A stretch of DNA of 63,527 nt, counting the filler, from Choristocarpus tenellus KU-1152 (lineage: Eukaryota > Protista > Phaeophyceae), in NCBI GenBank assembly GCA_964200185.2. It is 10 parts of 10 records of this genome, joined end to end, with 100 filler letters (N's around TTAATTAATTAA, not from the genome) between each part and the next. Parts side by side here need not be neighbours in the genome. Positions count along the whole stretch, not along the records: positions 1 to 23,300 come from CAXNAD020000252.1; 9 more parts are not named here. One strand, 5' to 3'. Both the position numbers and the translations under genes were made by a program. The notes under the pieces were generated by a model, which was not told where the DNA came from, ran no database searches, and was given only the letters and a program-made list of their open reading frames with translations. Shown here piece by piece: positions 11,901 through 23,400 of this stretch; the stretch's first letter is position 1, and the number at the start of each line of letters is the position of its first letter.

Positions 11901-14900
11901 TTCTTGCATATGATGTTGCATATGATTATATTTGTTAACTATATTTTTGTTTTTTAAATACACAGGATTAGGATGAGGTTTAAACTAGTTTGGGGTTAGG
12001 GTTAGGGTATGAAGTGCCAATTTCAATCAAGTGCTTTGGGGAGTGCTTTCACCTTGATTTGCTGGAGTATCTTGTAACTTGACTATGTTGGTTAGGTTAT
12101 GGTGTTAGAGTTGTAGTTACTTACCATGATATTTAGTCAAGTATAGTGTGAAGTGCTCTTGCTTGCCAGATGATAAAATCAGTGTGATAGATGTGATACA
12201 TTCATAGTTATTCATTCTATTATAATGTTAATAACAGTATTTGCTGTTATTCTTTGTTTTGAGCAGTTGGAGAGTCTGTCCAAGCTTGGGGAGGAGAGGA
12301 GGTTAGCACTGCTGGAAGAGCAGTGCAGACAGGCAGAGAGCAGGTGTAAATTGGCAGAGGTTGCCATGGAGGAGCGACAGAGGAAGGTATACCTTTTTTT
12401 ACAACCATCTGTGTTATTTGCTAACTTGACATATATATATGTGTGTGTGTGTGTGTGTGTACTGGGAAACATGTAAGATGCCTTGAGGTTGATATCTGTG
12501 GGGTTGATGGTGTCTTTGTGTTTGATTGGTTCGTAGTATTACATTACAAGACTATTACATATAGAATTGTGAATATTGTCATTATTATTAATATTGTTAT
12601 TGTTTCTATATATTTGAAGTACAGTGTTGCTTACCTCCATTTCTTTCATGCCAGTTGAGGTAATAGGATAGGATTACTCATCACACCCCAATTGCTTTAC
12701 CAGCTTGACTGTCTATTTTGAACACATTTTTTTGTTGGTTACTTTGTCAAGCTGTGTGCTTCTAAGAGTCTTGTAATGAGAATAATAATAATAATAATAT
12801 GATATTTTGTATTTTTTTACTATAGTGTTACTGCAGTTGATGATGTGATGATGATGATGTAAACATATTCATGTGGGTGGCTGTAGCCGTTGTCAAACTC
12901 CCCACCATTGATGATGGAATAGTTGACCCTCAGAGGCATGCATGACTATATTTACATTGTCTCAACCAGTGAGTCAGCAGCCTAGAATTGCCTCTCAAAA
13001 GTTTACATGGGCTACTACTCACCATGGTGCATACTTAAAATCTGCATACACAAAACACTGATGATGCGCTCCTTTACAGTTGACAATAATAATGATAATA
13101 GTTAATGTGTTGGTTTAACAATAATAATAATAATGATATGTAATGTGTTGGTTTAACAATAATAATAGTTATGGTGATGGTTAATGTGTTGGTTTTACAA
13201 CAATAATGAAAATAATAATGAAGATCGTTGATGTGTTGGTTTACTTGGGTAGAAGCAATGCAAGAGTTGAGGGGGTGGATGGACTTCATAGCTATGGTCA
13301 AGACTTGCATTTTTTTTTTGGAGGATATTGTGTGAGATCGTTTGTATTGATTTATTACATCTCATTATGTGTTTTTACTTGGATGTTCAGCGCTAGAGTC
13401 CTTGTGGAGTTGAAGGTAATTGTCGTCAACCATCTCGATTTATTTTGAAATATTTCTTACCTATTGGTAGGGTTAGGGTTGGGGAACTCTGACAATGAAA
13501 TAGAAGCAGTCCTTCCCTAACCCTTTCTAGAGAATACAGGGAGGATGGTGACCTTAGTGATGCTAGTCAGTCATCTTGTTCTCTGATACAATTCAGCGCC
13601 AATCTTGTCACTGAGGATAATATGCCTCAGGAATATTGACACGGCATTGCCAGTTGAAGTATCCCACCTGAACCTGTGGTAAATGGTATCTATCAAAAAT
13701 GTGATCTATCAACAATGGTATCTATAACAAATATGATCTATCACAGATGGGATCTATTACAAATATGATCTATGACATGCCTTGACAGAGGTGGACAACA
13801 TATGATGTGGTGTTAATGCAATGTGCATGGTTAGAGGTTAATGTGGTTTGGTGTCAATTCCATTGATTGGCTTGGTGGGGCTTAGAGCATCTGTTCCTAT
13901 AGTGTGCAGTGTTAGGGTCTGTCATACTCCACACTACCTACTATTCATTTTCATACTTGTCTTCAGTATGACTAACATGATACACACAGAACACTAATCA
14001 ATAGACCTTAATCAAATGAAATATCTGTTACATTATGTCGCACATCAGACATGCAAGGAGGATGCTCTGACAACATAAAAGAACAAGATACATCACCAGC
14101 TCTAGCCTCCTACTGTCTACTCCACCAGTATTGTCTGGAGTGTATCATGCGCTACTATCTATCTTTTATCTCCCAGATGATTGTCAGTTGAAGTTTTAAT
14201 TTCTCCTTAGGATTAGGGTTAGGGAAATGAAAATGATCAACTGCAAACGTCTACTCCTGTGTGTTCATTGCTTTGCCATGTATTACAGTTACATGTAATA
14301 CAGTTACAGAAAAGAAAAAAAGTACACCCAGTGCATGTCAGCAGATTCCAACAGTCACACCCTTTGTTACCCATGGATGAGATTGAGCAAAAAGATTATC
14401 ATCCTCTAGAAAACCCTTTGTGAATCTACTTGTTAACAGCCCTGCTCTTGAACTCCAAGCAATTTCTGAATACTTTTCTGAATACTTACAGTATTGTAAC
14501 TTGCTGGTGTTGGGTATTGGTTAGGGCTAGTGGGTGTAGTAAGAGTTTCGAAGGTCCACTGATGTATCTTGTTGATTGGTTGTTGATTGGTTCTAAATCA
14601 CTCTTTTGAATCCTGACTGAATGTGAAACTACTACACTACTGCTATACTCTTGATGATAAATAAGTCAAACAGTGTTTTGAATCAATCAATACAAGGCTA
14701 TTAAATTATTCCAAGAACAGCTCCAGTCGACATCAAGATGGAGGGGGTTAGATTCAGTTGGTAGCTGTTTTCGGTAATTTGTTGCATGCACTAGGGTTAG
14801 GGTTCTTGGCACTTTCCATGGTCCACTTCATGTTCCCCATACCCATTTTAATTCTGATGGACTACATGAAGTGCATTACATTTTTGAGTTGATTTGATCC

Positions 14901-17900
14901 AGTGTGGTCAACCAAACCTTAGTGCATGAGACTGCGTGAAATATAGATTATGCAACTAACCTTCTGACCCCCTGTGGCTCCTCCATAAACTGGGCATAGG
15001 TTGCTTTACTTGTTGCAAATTCGGATGCAGAAGTACTTAGGAGTAAGGTTAGGGAAGCTGAGGTTTGGGCTAGGGCAAGGGCTAAGGAACAGGAGCAATG
15101 TGTGAGGGGGATGGGGACAAAAGCTGCTGCTATGGCGCAAAAAGCTAAGGTCGTTCTTGGGGAGGCGTTTGTTCGGCAACAGCGTCTTGCTGGGTGTGTT
15201 GCTGTGATGCAGGCTGATGTGGAGGTATGATTATTGTGAGGAGTGTGTGTATGTCAAACCAAGGAAAAGGAGTAGGAAGGGGGGTGGTACATCAAGGAAG
15301 ATTTAGGTAGGCTATCTGAGGATTGGAGCATTATAGTTTATAGTGTGGAAATAGAGGAGTTTTGTACTTCTCTATTGTGACCGTTTTAGAAATGCTGCAC
15401 CTGAATTACACCTACTAGATGCCTTCCTTGTGTGTAAGTTCCATTTTTTTATGTAGCGGTCTAGAAGACCAGCACTGAACACTTAAAAGTATCACATTGA
15501 GGAATAGGTTTCACCTGCCCTGCAACACTTCAGGGCTGCCCTGTTGAACATACTATCATTATTCATGTTGTACTTGATGTTACCTGTTGTCACAAGCATA
15601 GAAAGAGGTGCAATTAGCTGGATTTGAGGGGACTTGGGGTAAGGAGGGTAGGAGCTGGCAACTTACACATTGTGAAGTGATTTTTTTTTTGGCTGCCCTG
15701 TGGAAGGTGTTTGCTCTTCCACTACCCAAGCTGCAGATTGTCCTGGGTTCACTCTCTATAAGCTTGAGTTACACAGTATCTATCACCATTGATCCTTTCG
15801 AACAATCCAATTTGTTCCTAAGTTAAAATGAAGGCTAACCCTAACCCTAACTTCATATAATTGGCCAACATCCACATGGAATTGGGTACGTCATCTCTAA
15901 TAAAGGAGTCACAAAATTTCGCACCAAATCAAAACTGTTCAATATATGAGAGACCAATATTACGGTTTTGAATCAGAGAAGGATACCAAGTTCTACAAGT
16001 ACATCGATAAAGGAACGTTCATCTGTGTAGCACCTGCATGTGAAATCGCTACTTCGGTTTGTGATACCTCCCTGCAATCCTGTATGCGAAATAATTTATT
16101 GAATTTATGGGGTTGGACGTTTGGGACGGTAGGTTGAAGTTGTGGTTGGACAATGTGATGCGATGAGGGGGTGAAGATGTATTCCAATACAGAGGTAGTT
16201 TGTTTGGTCTTTATCCCTCTATGTGTTGTTGATGTAGGGTCATTGAAGTAGATGGTCTTCTGTTGCTGTGAATGTTTGAATGTATTGTAGGGCAAACAAC
16301 AATACACAAATTCGACTTAGTTCCTGAGGTGACGTTGTTTATTACTATTTGTGAGGGTACTTTTTGGACGATACGTTGATAGTTTTGATATTTTGATACG
16401 ATAAATATATTTGTTTTTGTTGCCATCAACCTTAAAACTGAGTACTTTGAGCGTTAAAAGATATCAAGGTGGAGGTTGCAAGCTTTGCTGTATTTCCCTG
16501 CTTGTTGTGGAATCATGAGCTATTTAGAGGTTCCAAACCCCTTCCGTCCAAAAGTCGTATAGGGGTATTGAATTATCGTCTCCGCAACTTCCAATGTCGC
16601 TAGGTCATTCTTCAAGTGAAGCGAGTTGAAAGTTATTCTCCTGTATGTTATTGCACACGTGCTTTTCCTCATTGCTCTGGTTTTGATGTATGCCGCCCAG
16701 GAATCAGAAGAGCGCATCCGCTCCTTATCGATCCGCAAGGACGGACTAGAGGCGAACCTTGAAGAGCTGAGTGAGGCAAGGCGCGAGGAAGTGTCTGGGC
16801 TGGAGGACGAACTTGCCAAGGCAAAACATGGACTGGAATTTAGTAAGGAAGAGAAGGAGAGACTGGAAACAAAACTGGCGGAGCTGGAGATTGAACATCG
16901 CAATGCTCAAGCGACGCAGGAGGATCTCAGGTAGTTTGTTTGCAACTGGTGCCTTAGGGCACAACAACGAGGTTGCTTTGTCTTATAGATGTGGTATTCA
17001 ATTCATATACGTTGGCTGGCAGTGCCCCATAGCATGTAAAGAAGACCTTTTTCTCTATCGCCATCAACTCACATGAATCTGCTCTTGCTTTCTGTCGTAT
17101 TATGACTTTGAGAAGTTACTAAAGGGGTACTCATAAATATGGTTGTCGAGTCAGTCACATGTAAACAGAGTTCACTTCATTTGCATTACTAGCCATCACA
17201 TGTGTCTTTCTTAGAAATGTACCATGAGAGAAAAATCGGACTTTACTCTCCACTACACACCCAACTATGTCCCTGTGCTGTAATCCCGTGAGCTCGAAAG
17301 ATCTGACTCTTCCCCTCGATCCGACCTCCCTCCTTCACTGTCTCCTCCCGTCTCTTCTGCCACCAGGGCTATGGCACAGGAAGAAAGAGACAGAAGACAG
17401 GCTCTGGAGCAAAGGCTCAATGAAGCTGAGCGTGTGCGTGACGACCTCGCCGCAGCTGCAAGCAGGGCAGCAGCAGAGTCGGAGAAGAGGAGAAGAGAAT
17501 CCCTAGAGAGGCGACTCACAGTGGCTGAAACTGCACGGGATGAGCTTGCAGCTTCCACTGCTACTGCCACGAGCATGGCAGCTGTAGAGTCTGAGAAGCG
17601 CCGACGGGTGTCCCTAGAGAGGAGGCTGGTGTTGGCAGAGCGTGCTCGTGACGATCTCGCTACCTCTGCAGCCAATGCTGCTTTGGAAGCTGCTAAAATT
17701 GCATCAGCTGAGGCGACTGCCAAGGCTACTGCTACTGCTGCTGCGAATAGAGCAATGGAGCGAGAGGAGTCTATCAAGAATCAAATTGATGCAACACCCG
17801 CACAAAGGGCAAAGGGGCAAGAGGACGCCAAGATTGCTGCAGCACCTGGAAGAAGGGTGAGGGAGCAAGAGAATGCCAAGATTGCTGCAGCACCTGCAAG

Positions 17901-20900
17901 AAAGGCAAAGGAGAAGGAGGACACCAAGGTTACCAAGTCATTGGTGGCGGAGGGTCAGGAAGAAGTGGGTTCAATTGGTGATCCGACAACTACCCCACTC
18001 TTGTTGGTGGAGTCACCATTGGCTGGAGTGACCACAGAGGAGGAGGGAGTTCCAGGATCTTCAAGGGGTATTGGGAGGGCGAAGCCTAGAGTCAGGGTAA
18101 GGTCTGAAGCTGAAGATGATAAGACAGAGGCAAACAACATGTCTAGGGTCAAGCGCTTGAAGGGCAAGGCCAGAGGAAAAATAAAAAGAAGAGTTAAAAG
18201 AAAGAGTGCTCTGGTCGATGAGGGTGTTTCTCTCACGAGGGCAGAGTTGCGTGGTCATATTGAAATGAAACTTGTGCATAGTGATGAAGGTGGTAATGAT
18301 GACATTGCTGGTGAAGAGAGGAGTCCGGAGAACAGTGAACTGCACCAGGGGGATCCATGTACAAGCCCCATTACAGCAAATGAGGACGATGTAGATTTCG
18401 ATAGGGCTTACAGCAACGGAGAGGAAGATGGTTTTGGTGCCAACAATGGTGAACATGAGAAGAAGATTGAGTTGGATGCAGTATCTATTGGAGGGAGAGT
18501 CACTGAAGAAGGTACGGAGGAAAAAAAAAGAGAGATGGAAGGCGTTTGTGGAGGGATCAAGCAGCAGGACCATGGCATGGGGGCTGGGGAGGTCGTTGTG
18601 CCTATTGCTGGGCTTGGTGTTGGACAAGAGGAGGAAGGGGATGAAGGTGGTGAAGGCACTGGTGGTGGCCAGAGTAATGACCCAATGGAGGCGTTTGAGG
18701 TTGAAGTCTCTGCTAGCCGAGTGGAAGAGGATGTGGTTAGGGATGTAACTACAGGTGTTGTAAGGAGGGGTCTGTCAAGGGGGTCACATCGCTTGGCGTC
18801 AAAGTCTGTATTGAGGTGATTTAACCTGACCCTGACTCTATACACTGCACCTCTTGTCACTCCAACTACAGTAGTCAGCCCTAACCCTAACTAGTTTTAT
18901 CAATTGAAACGTACAGTAAACTGTGTGATAATATAAACGGTGTGATGATAAGTAAGTGGGTATATTGTGTCCTACCGAGAAAGTTTTTTTTTATTATTAT
19001 TGTGATTTTGATCACGCTTGGGTTATGGAAATCAACTGGGATTTATCAGAGTGATATTGCACAAGTCTAGATCCATGCGTTGGTTCGAAAATAAATATAT
19101 TTTTGAGTATGAAATTAGAATGTCCAATTCCCCTTTCCTTTTGTACTTCATTTTTATTTATTTTCTGAAATGAATAAAAAAGGTTGTCTATTGAATTGAT
19201 AGGAGTTAGGGTTCATTTTTTTTTATAATTTTTTAGTTCAGTAGTAGTGTGTAGGTTACGTGATATTTGTTAGAGATGCACGCTGCATATGTAACTAACC
19301 TTTTTTTTTTTGTGTGGTGATGGCAGTTACGCAGAGGATGTTAGTGACCAATCCAGTGACAGTGGTGATTCACTTCCCCGAGGGAAAAGGAGGAAGTTCA
19401 AGGGGGACAATAAGTCTCGGAAGAGGAGGGTAATTCGAGATTCTGTTAGTCTTGATGGAGCTATACCAGATGTTGATGAGGAGAGGAAGAAGGAGAATAC
19501 AAGTAGCCCACCAAGTAGCCCACATTGTGTTGTTTCAGACACTCAAGGGAAGAAGGGAAAGAGGAACAGAAAGGGGTCTCACCAAGAAAGGCAGACTGGG
19601 GTAGTGGCAGGGGTTCAGTCCAATTGTAGTCCTGTGGTCACTAGGGACAGTGTGAGGTATCAGAGGAGAAATGAAGAGGAGATTGTAGCGTCATCCCCAT
19701 CTCTCATGATGGGTGGTATAGGGGATAATGTTAAGGTTAGCAAGAGTATTGAGGTTGAAGAGGGGGGAGTGGTGGCATTATCTTCTCCTCCTGGAGGTGC
19801 ATTAGCGGAGGTCAGCCCTGTATTGAGGAAGGGCAAGGCGTCCCAAAGGAGGAAGGTCGGGACAATAACGCCTCTGCAGGGTGAGACTGAGAATGAGGGA
19901 GGGTTTCCAGAAACGCAGGAGGCGTCAGTGGATGCTGAGGTAGCTGAGGAGGGTTTCGGTGAGACTGGAGGCGATGATGGTGGAAGAAAAAAGGTGAGAT
20001 TTCTCTTTTCAGAATGTTTTGTTTCTATTAACAGGGTAACACCTCTGTAAGTTGATACACATCCCATTTTTTCAGGGTTAGGGTTAGGGTTGGATACAGC
20101 TGTTTCATGTTAGCATGATAGTAATAGCGGTGGAGTTAGGGTTAGGGTGATAATTGTCCACTTGGATATGTTATTAGAGGTACACAATGTGGGTGTTTTT
20201 TTCAGTTTGAGAATCTGCTCCATATAAGAATCTTAGATTCTGTTTGTATGACTTGGACAGAGAGATGCTATTACTGCGCTTGGACATACTATCTATGTTA
20301 TCTGCCCTTTCAAAGCTATGCATGTGAATGTAATATTCATGTGAATGTGATGTCAAGCAAACAGTTGTTCCCCTTGAGTTTGAGAGATGGTGCAAGCACT
20401 GTTTAAATGATTCCGGCATCAAAGGGGTAGATGGGGGGGGGGAAGTGTCACTTGATTCAATTCATATTGTCTGGTGTACAGCCTGCTCTAACCCTAACCC
20501 TAACCTTAACTCTAATCTATTGATGTAAGTGTACCCAATCATTTTTCACTTAGGATTAGGGTTAGGGTTAGGTAATTGATGATTCCTGTGCAATAGCTGT
20601 TATTGATAGTGCTAACCTTATACCATTTATGTATGTGTTTGACTGCACTTCACTGGTGTGGCCATTTTTTTTTTTTTTAATGTAAGAAAAAGTCAAAGGC
20701 GAGGAAGAAGAGAGCGTCAGCAGCATCCAATCGTAAGAGTCTGCTGGGTAAGAGGAAGAGCATCCGAACCCCTCTGAGAACTGTGAATGCAAACAGCATG
20801 GAGAGTCATGGCGATAGTCATGGTGATGTCAATGGAGGTGGAGATGATCTCAACAACTCTTCCACTGAGGATGTAAGTTTGGTGCAGGGAACCTCAGTTG

Positions 20901-22819
20901 CTGCTTCGCCTGTGTCAGAAAAAGATAAACTGCGACAGAAGAGGGTACAGGGTACAGAAAAAAGAAAAAGAAACAAGGCGGGGGTAAAGTTCGAGGTGAA
21001 AAAAAATAATAATAATAATCATCTTCATACAGGAAAAACTGTGGGGGAGGAGGAGGGGAGTTCTGGTGTTGAGGAACCATGGGTACAGGAGGGGGATGTT
21101 GAGAATGAGGCTGTGTTGGGGGGGAACTCTAACCCTAACCCTATGGGTGTTATCGCTGTCGGTGCTCAACCCGAAACTGTCACCATAAAAGTTCCCAAGG
21201 AAGTAGTTGGGTCAAAGTCTGCTTCTGGGTCTGGTGGTGCGTCAGCGTTGGTGCATGGCCCTGGAGCAAGGAGTGGTGGCCTTGGAGTAAGGAATGGTGG
21301 CCCTGGGGAAGGGAAGGGGAAGGGGAGGAAAAGTGTACTTGGGGAGTCAAAGCAGTCTGAGAAGACCAAGAGGGTGAGATGCTCTTGTTATTTGTTGTGG
21401 TTGAGAACAGTAGTGTCTTGTTAACCCTAACCCTAAGTAGTGCCTTGTGTGAGCTTTTTGTCGTTGCTTTTTTTTTTGTTGGAGGTTCTGATCCTTTTGA
21501 GTGTTTAGGGTTAGGATTAGTGTTGATCCTTTTTGAGTGTTTAGGGTTAGGGTTAGTGTTGATCCTTTTGAGTGTTCAGTGTTGTGTTTGGTGTTGCTGT
21601 GAGCAAGGACTCGCTCACCTTCCTTGTTGTGTATGTTTCTTGTTGGACTTGGGGTTAGGGTTAGGGTTGGGATTATTGTTTAGGGTTAGGGTGGCATTCA
21701 TTGCTTTCATTCTGTGGTTGCTGTCGGCAGTTGAGTAGTGAAGGGTTAGGTTTGCAGGGTCAATGTCTCCTGTTCAAGCCCTGTTCAAATCTTGCCTCAC
21801 TGGTATTGCAATATTATTTTATTGTATTATTTGTAGCATCTCAATATCTTGATAACCCCCCCAGTATGTTTTACCCAAACTCTAAATTGTTTTAGTATTA
21901 TAGCTGCATAGTACATGCTACATCTCTCAATTTTTTATTTGTTGTTTGTTCTTGTTGATTGGTTATTGCATTACATGTCATTTTTTGTTTTCACTAACAC
22001 TAACCCTAACCCTACAAATGGTCTGATTATTTTGTATTATTACTGCTCTTGTTACTAATCTCGCCATGACCCAATAATACCTGTGCAATGTATTTTTTAG
22101 TGAAATCGACTTGATGCAACAATTTTGCTGCTCTACTGATTTGAATTATCTCCTTCTTGAATCTACTCTCTTCAAACCATCCCCACTCACTCCATGTTGT
22201 AGTCAAGATTGGCAACCGGCATCCGTTCTTGTTCTTGTGTGTGTATCAACATACTAGTACTATGGATATTAATGAATCCCTAACCCTAATCCTGAGAGTA
22301 TCCAATAGGGCTTGCCCAATGTGCTAATCCAGATGTAGCAACATACTAGTACTGTAGACATTAATGTATCCCTAACCCTAGTCCTGAGAGTATCCAATAG
22401 GGCTTGTTCAGTGTGCGAACCCGGATGTAGCAACATAATATCATTTTTCTTCAATGGGATAATTCAATTCAATTCAGCTAGGGTTAGAGGTATTTGCTAT
22501 ATTTGAGACTGTACTTTTTTTATTATTGCATCATTGACTGTAACGAATTTTGATCTGTGTATTGTTTCCACCTGGTCTATCCTACACGCAAACTTTCTTT
22601 TTCGATTTTTCTGGTTGATGGGAGCTGACTTGCGTAATGTCAATTTATGTCAACTTTTGTCAACTTTTGTCAACTTGTGTTTTGTCTCTGCAGCTTCTGG
22701 CCGGATCAGTTATGGGGCTCAAGGGAAGGGGTGCCTTAAGGGGTGCCCTCTTTTCCGGATTTCTTGACCCCAGCAATGGGTTCAAGGTTCCCAAGCTCAA
22801 GAGTAATGCCAAGAGATAG
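5912..22819 (+). CDS. Large (~2,290 aa) uncharacterised coiled-coil/low-complexity protein, 10 exons
   Basis: Exons 5912-7363, 7630-9251, 9864-10164, 12267-12386, 15000-15224, 16701-16930, 17367-18815, 19327-19993, 20687-21373 and 22694-22819 all have GT-AG boundaries with matching phases (sum 6879 nt, stop TAG). The centre is E/R/A-rich and coiled-coil-like, with S/T-P-rich flanks. The start codon and the exon 2 acceptor are uncertain. Confidence 0.75.
6253..6775 (+). repeat. Coding tandem repeat, 159 bp (53 aa) unit, about 3.3 copies
   Basis: TCGACACACCAAGTTGG recurs at 6323, 6482 and 6641. The unit is AAFARTPKIRRTPPGVTPQAQSTNNEGYSTHQVGTVPSLSSPSMQTAAAEGEL. Confidence 0.95.
10870..11015 (+). 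repeat. ~70-bp tandem duplication
   Basis: CTAGACCAATCAATGCAAAGGTACTAAACATTTA occurs twice. Confidence 0.85.
13683..13777 (+). repeat. ~16-bp minisatellite (AAT(G/A)(G/T)(T/G)ATCTAT...), about 6 copies
   Basis: Periodic ATCTAT motif in intron 4 of the large gene. Confidence 0.75.
22247..22437 (+). repeat. ~92-bp tandem duplication carrying CCCTAACCCTA
   Basis: CAACATACTAGTACT...TCCTGAGAGTATCCAATAGGGCTTG...GATGTAGCAACATA occurs twice. Confidence 0.85.
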
Positions 22820-23300
22820 TTGAAGTGGTGGACATGGTGACATTGGTTGAGAGGGAGAAATTTGATGTAATTTGATGTGATTTTGTTGTTTCGAGTGGAT
22901 GACTATGACGCTCCTGGTGTAGCTGTACCTATAGATGTGGAGGGCATGCATGATGAAGTTTGAAAGTTTGTTTCTGATGCATGACTCGTGGATGGGATGT
23001 TTAATATTTCTATTAATTTTATTAGGGTGACATAGATATTTCTTTCTTTTGGGGGGGGCTGTGTGGTTTATTGGTTTATTGGGTCTAGTATTGAACCTAA
23101 TTTTCCATGAGTGATTGATTGTTGAGTGATGGTCTAGAGGTGGATTGTCTGCACGCTGTCGTACTTAGTGCCATCCATGCAACTTACAGTTAGTTTGTTG
23201 GGACTGTTATCAGCAACAAGGTGGAGGAGGTGTGTCTGGACCATTGTCTTTTTATTCTGTTGATTTGAAGACAAGCTGGGGTCAAAGTATCTTGGGGGGG

Positions 23301-23400
23301 NNNNNNNNNNNNNNNNNNNNNNNNNNNNNNNNNNNNNNNNNNNNTTAATTAATTAANNNNNNNNNNNNNNNNNNNNNNNNNNNNNNNNNNNNNNNNNNNN
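23301..23400. other. Artificial contig-joining linker (N44-TTAATTAATTAA-N44). Others at 28666-28765, 31584-31683, 34481-34580, 38841-38940, 49923-50022, 53109-53208, 56066-56165 and 59473-59572
   Basis: An identical 100-bp spacer with stops in all six frames occurs nine times. Confidence 0.99.

Larger units (their letters stand above)
298..22489. repeat. Dense short interstitial telomeric (TTAGGG/CCCTAA)n tracts across contig 1
   Basis: Roughly 50 tracts by eye, mostly 2-4 units, in both orientations, e.g. 517-541, 1983-2009, 2866-2887, 3301-3320, 9426-9480, 9579-9604, 20488-20515, 21650-21692. Confidence 0.95.

Noticed and set aside
15850-16450. Strand-biased insert-like segment in intron 5 of the large gene
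   Set aside because: Possibly a decayed retroelement, but no recognisable motif.
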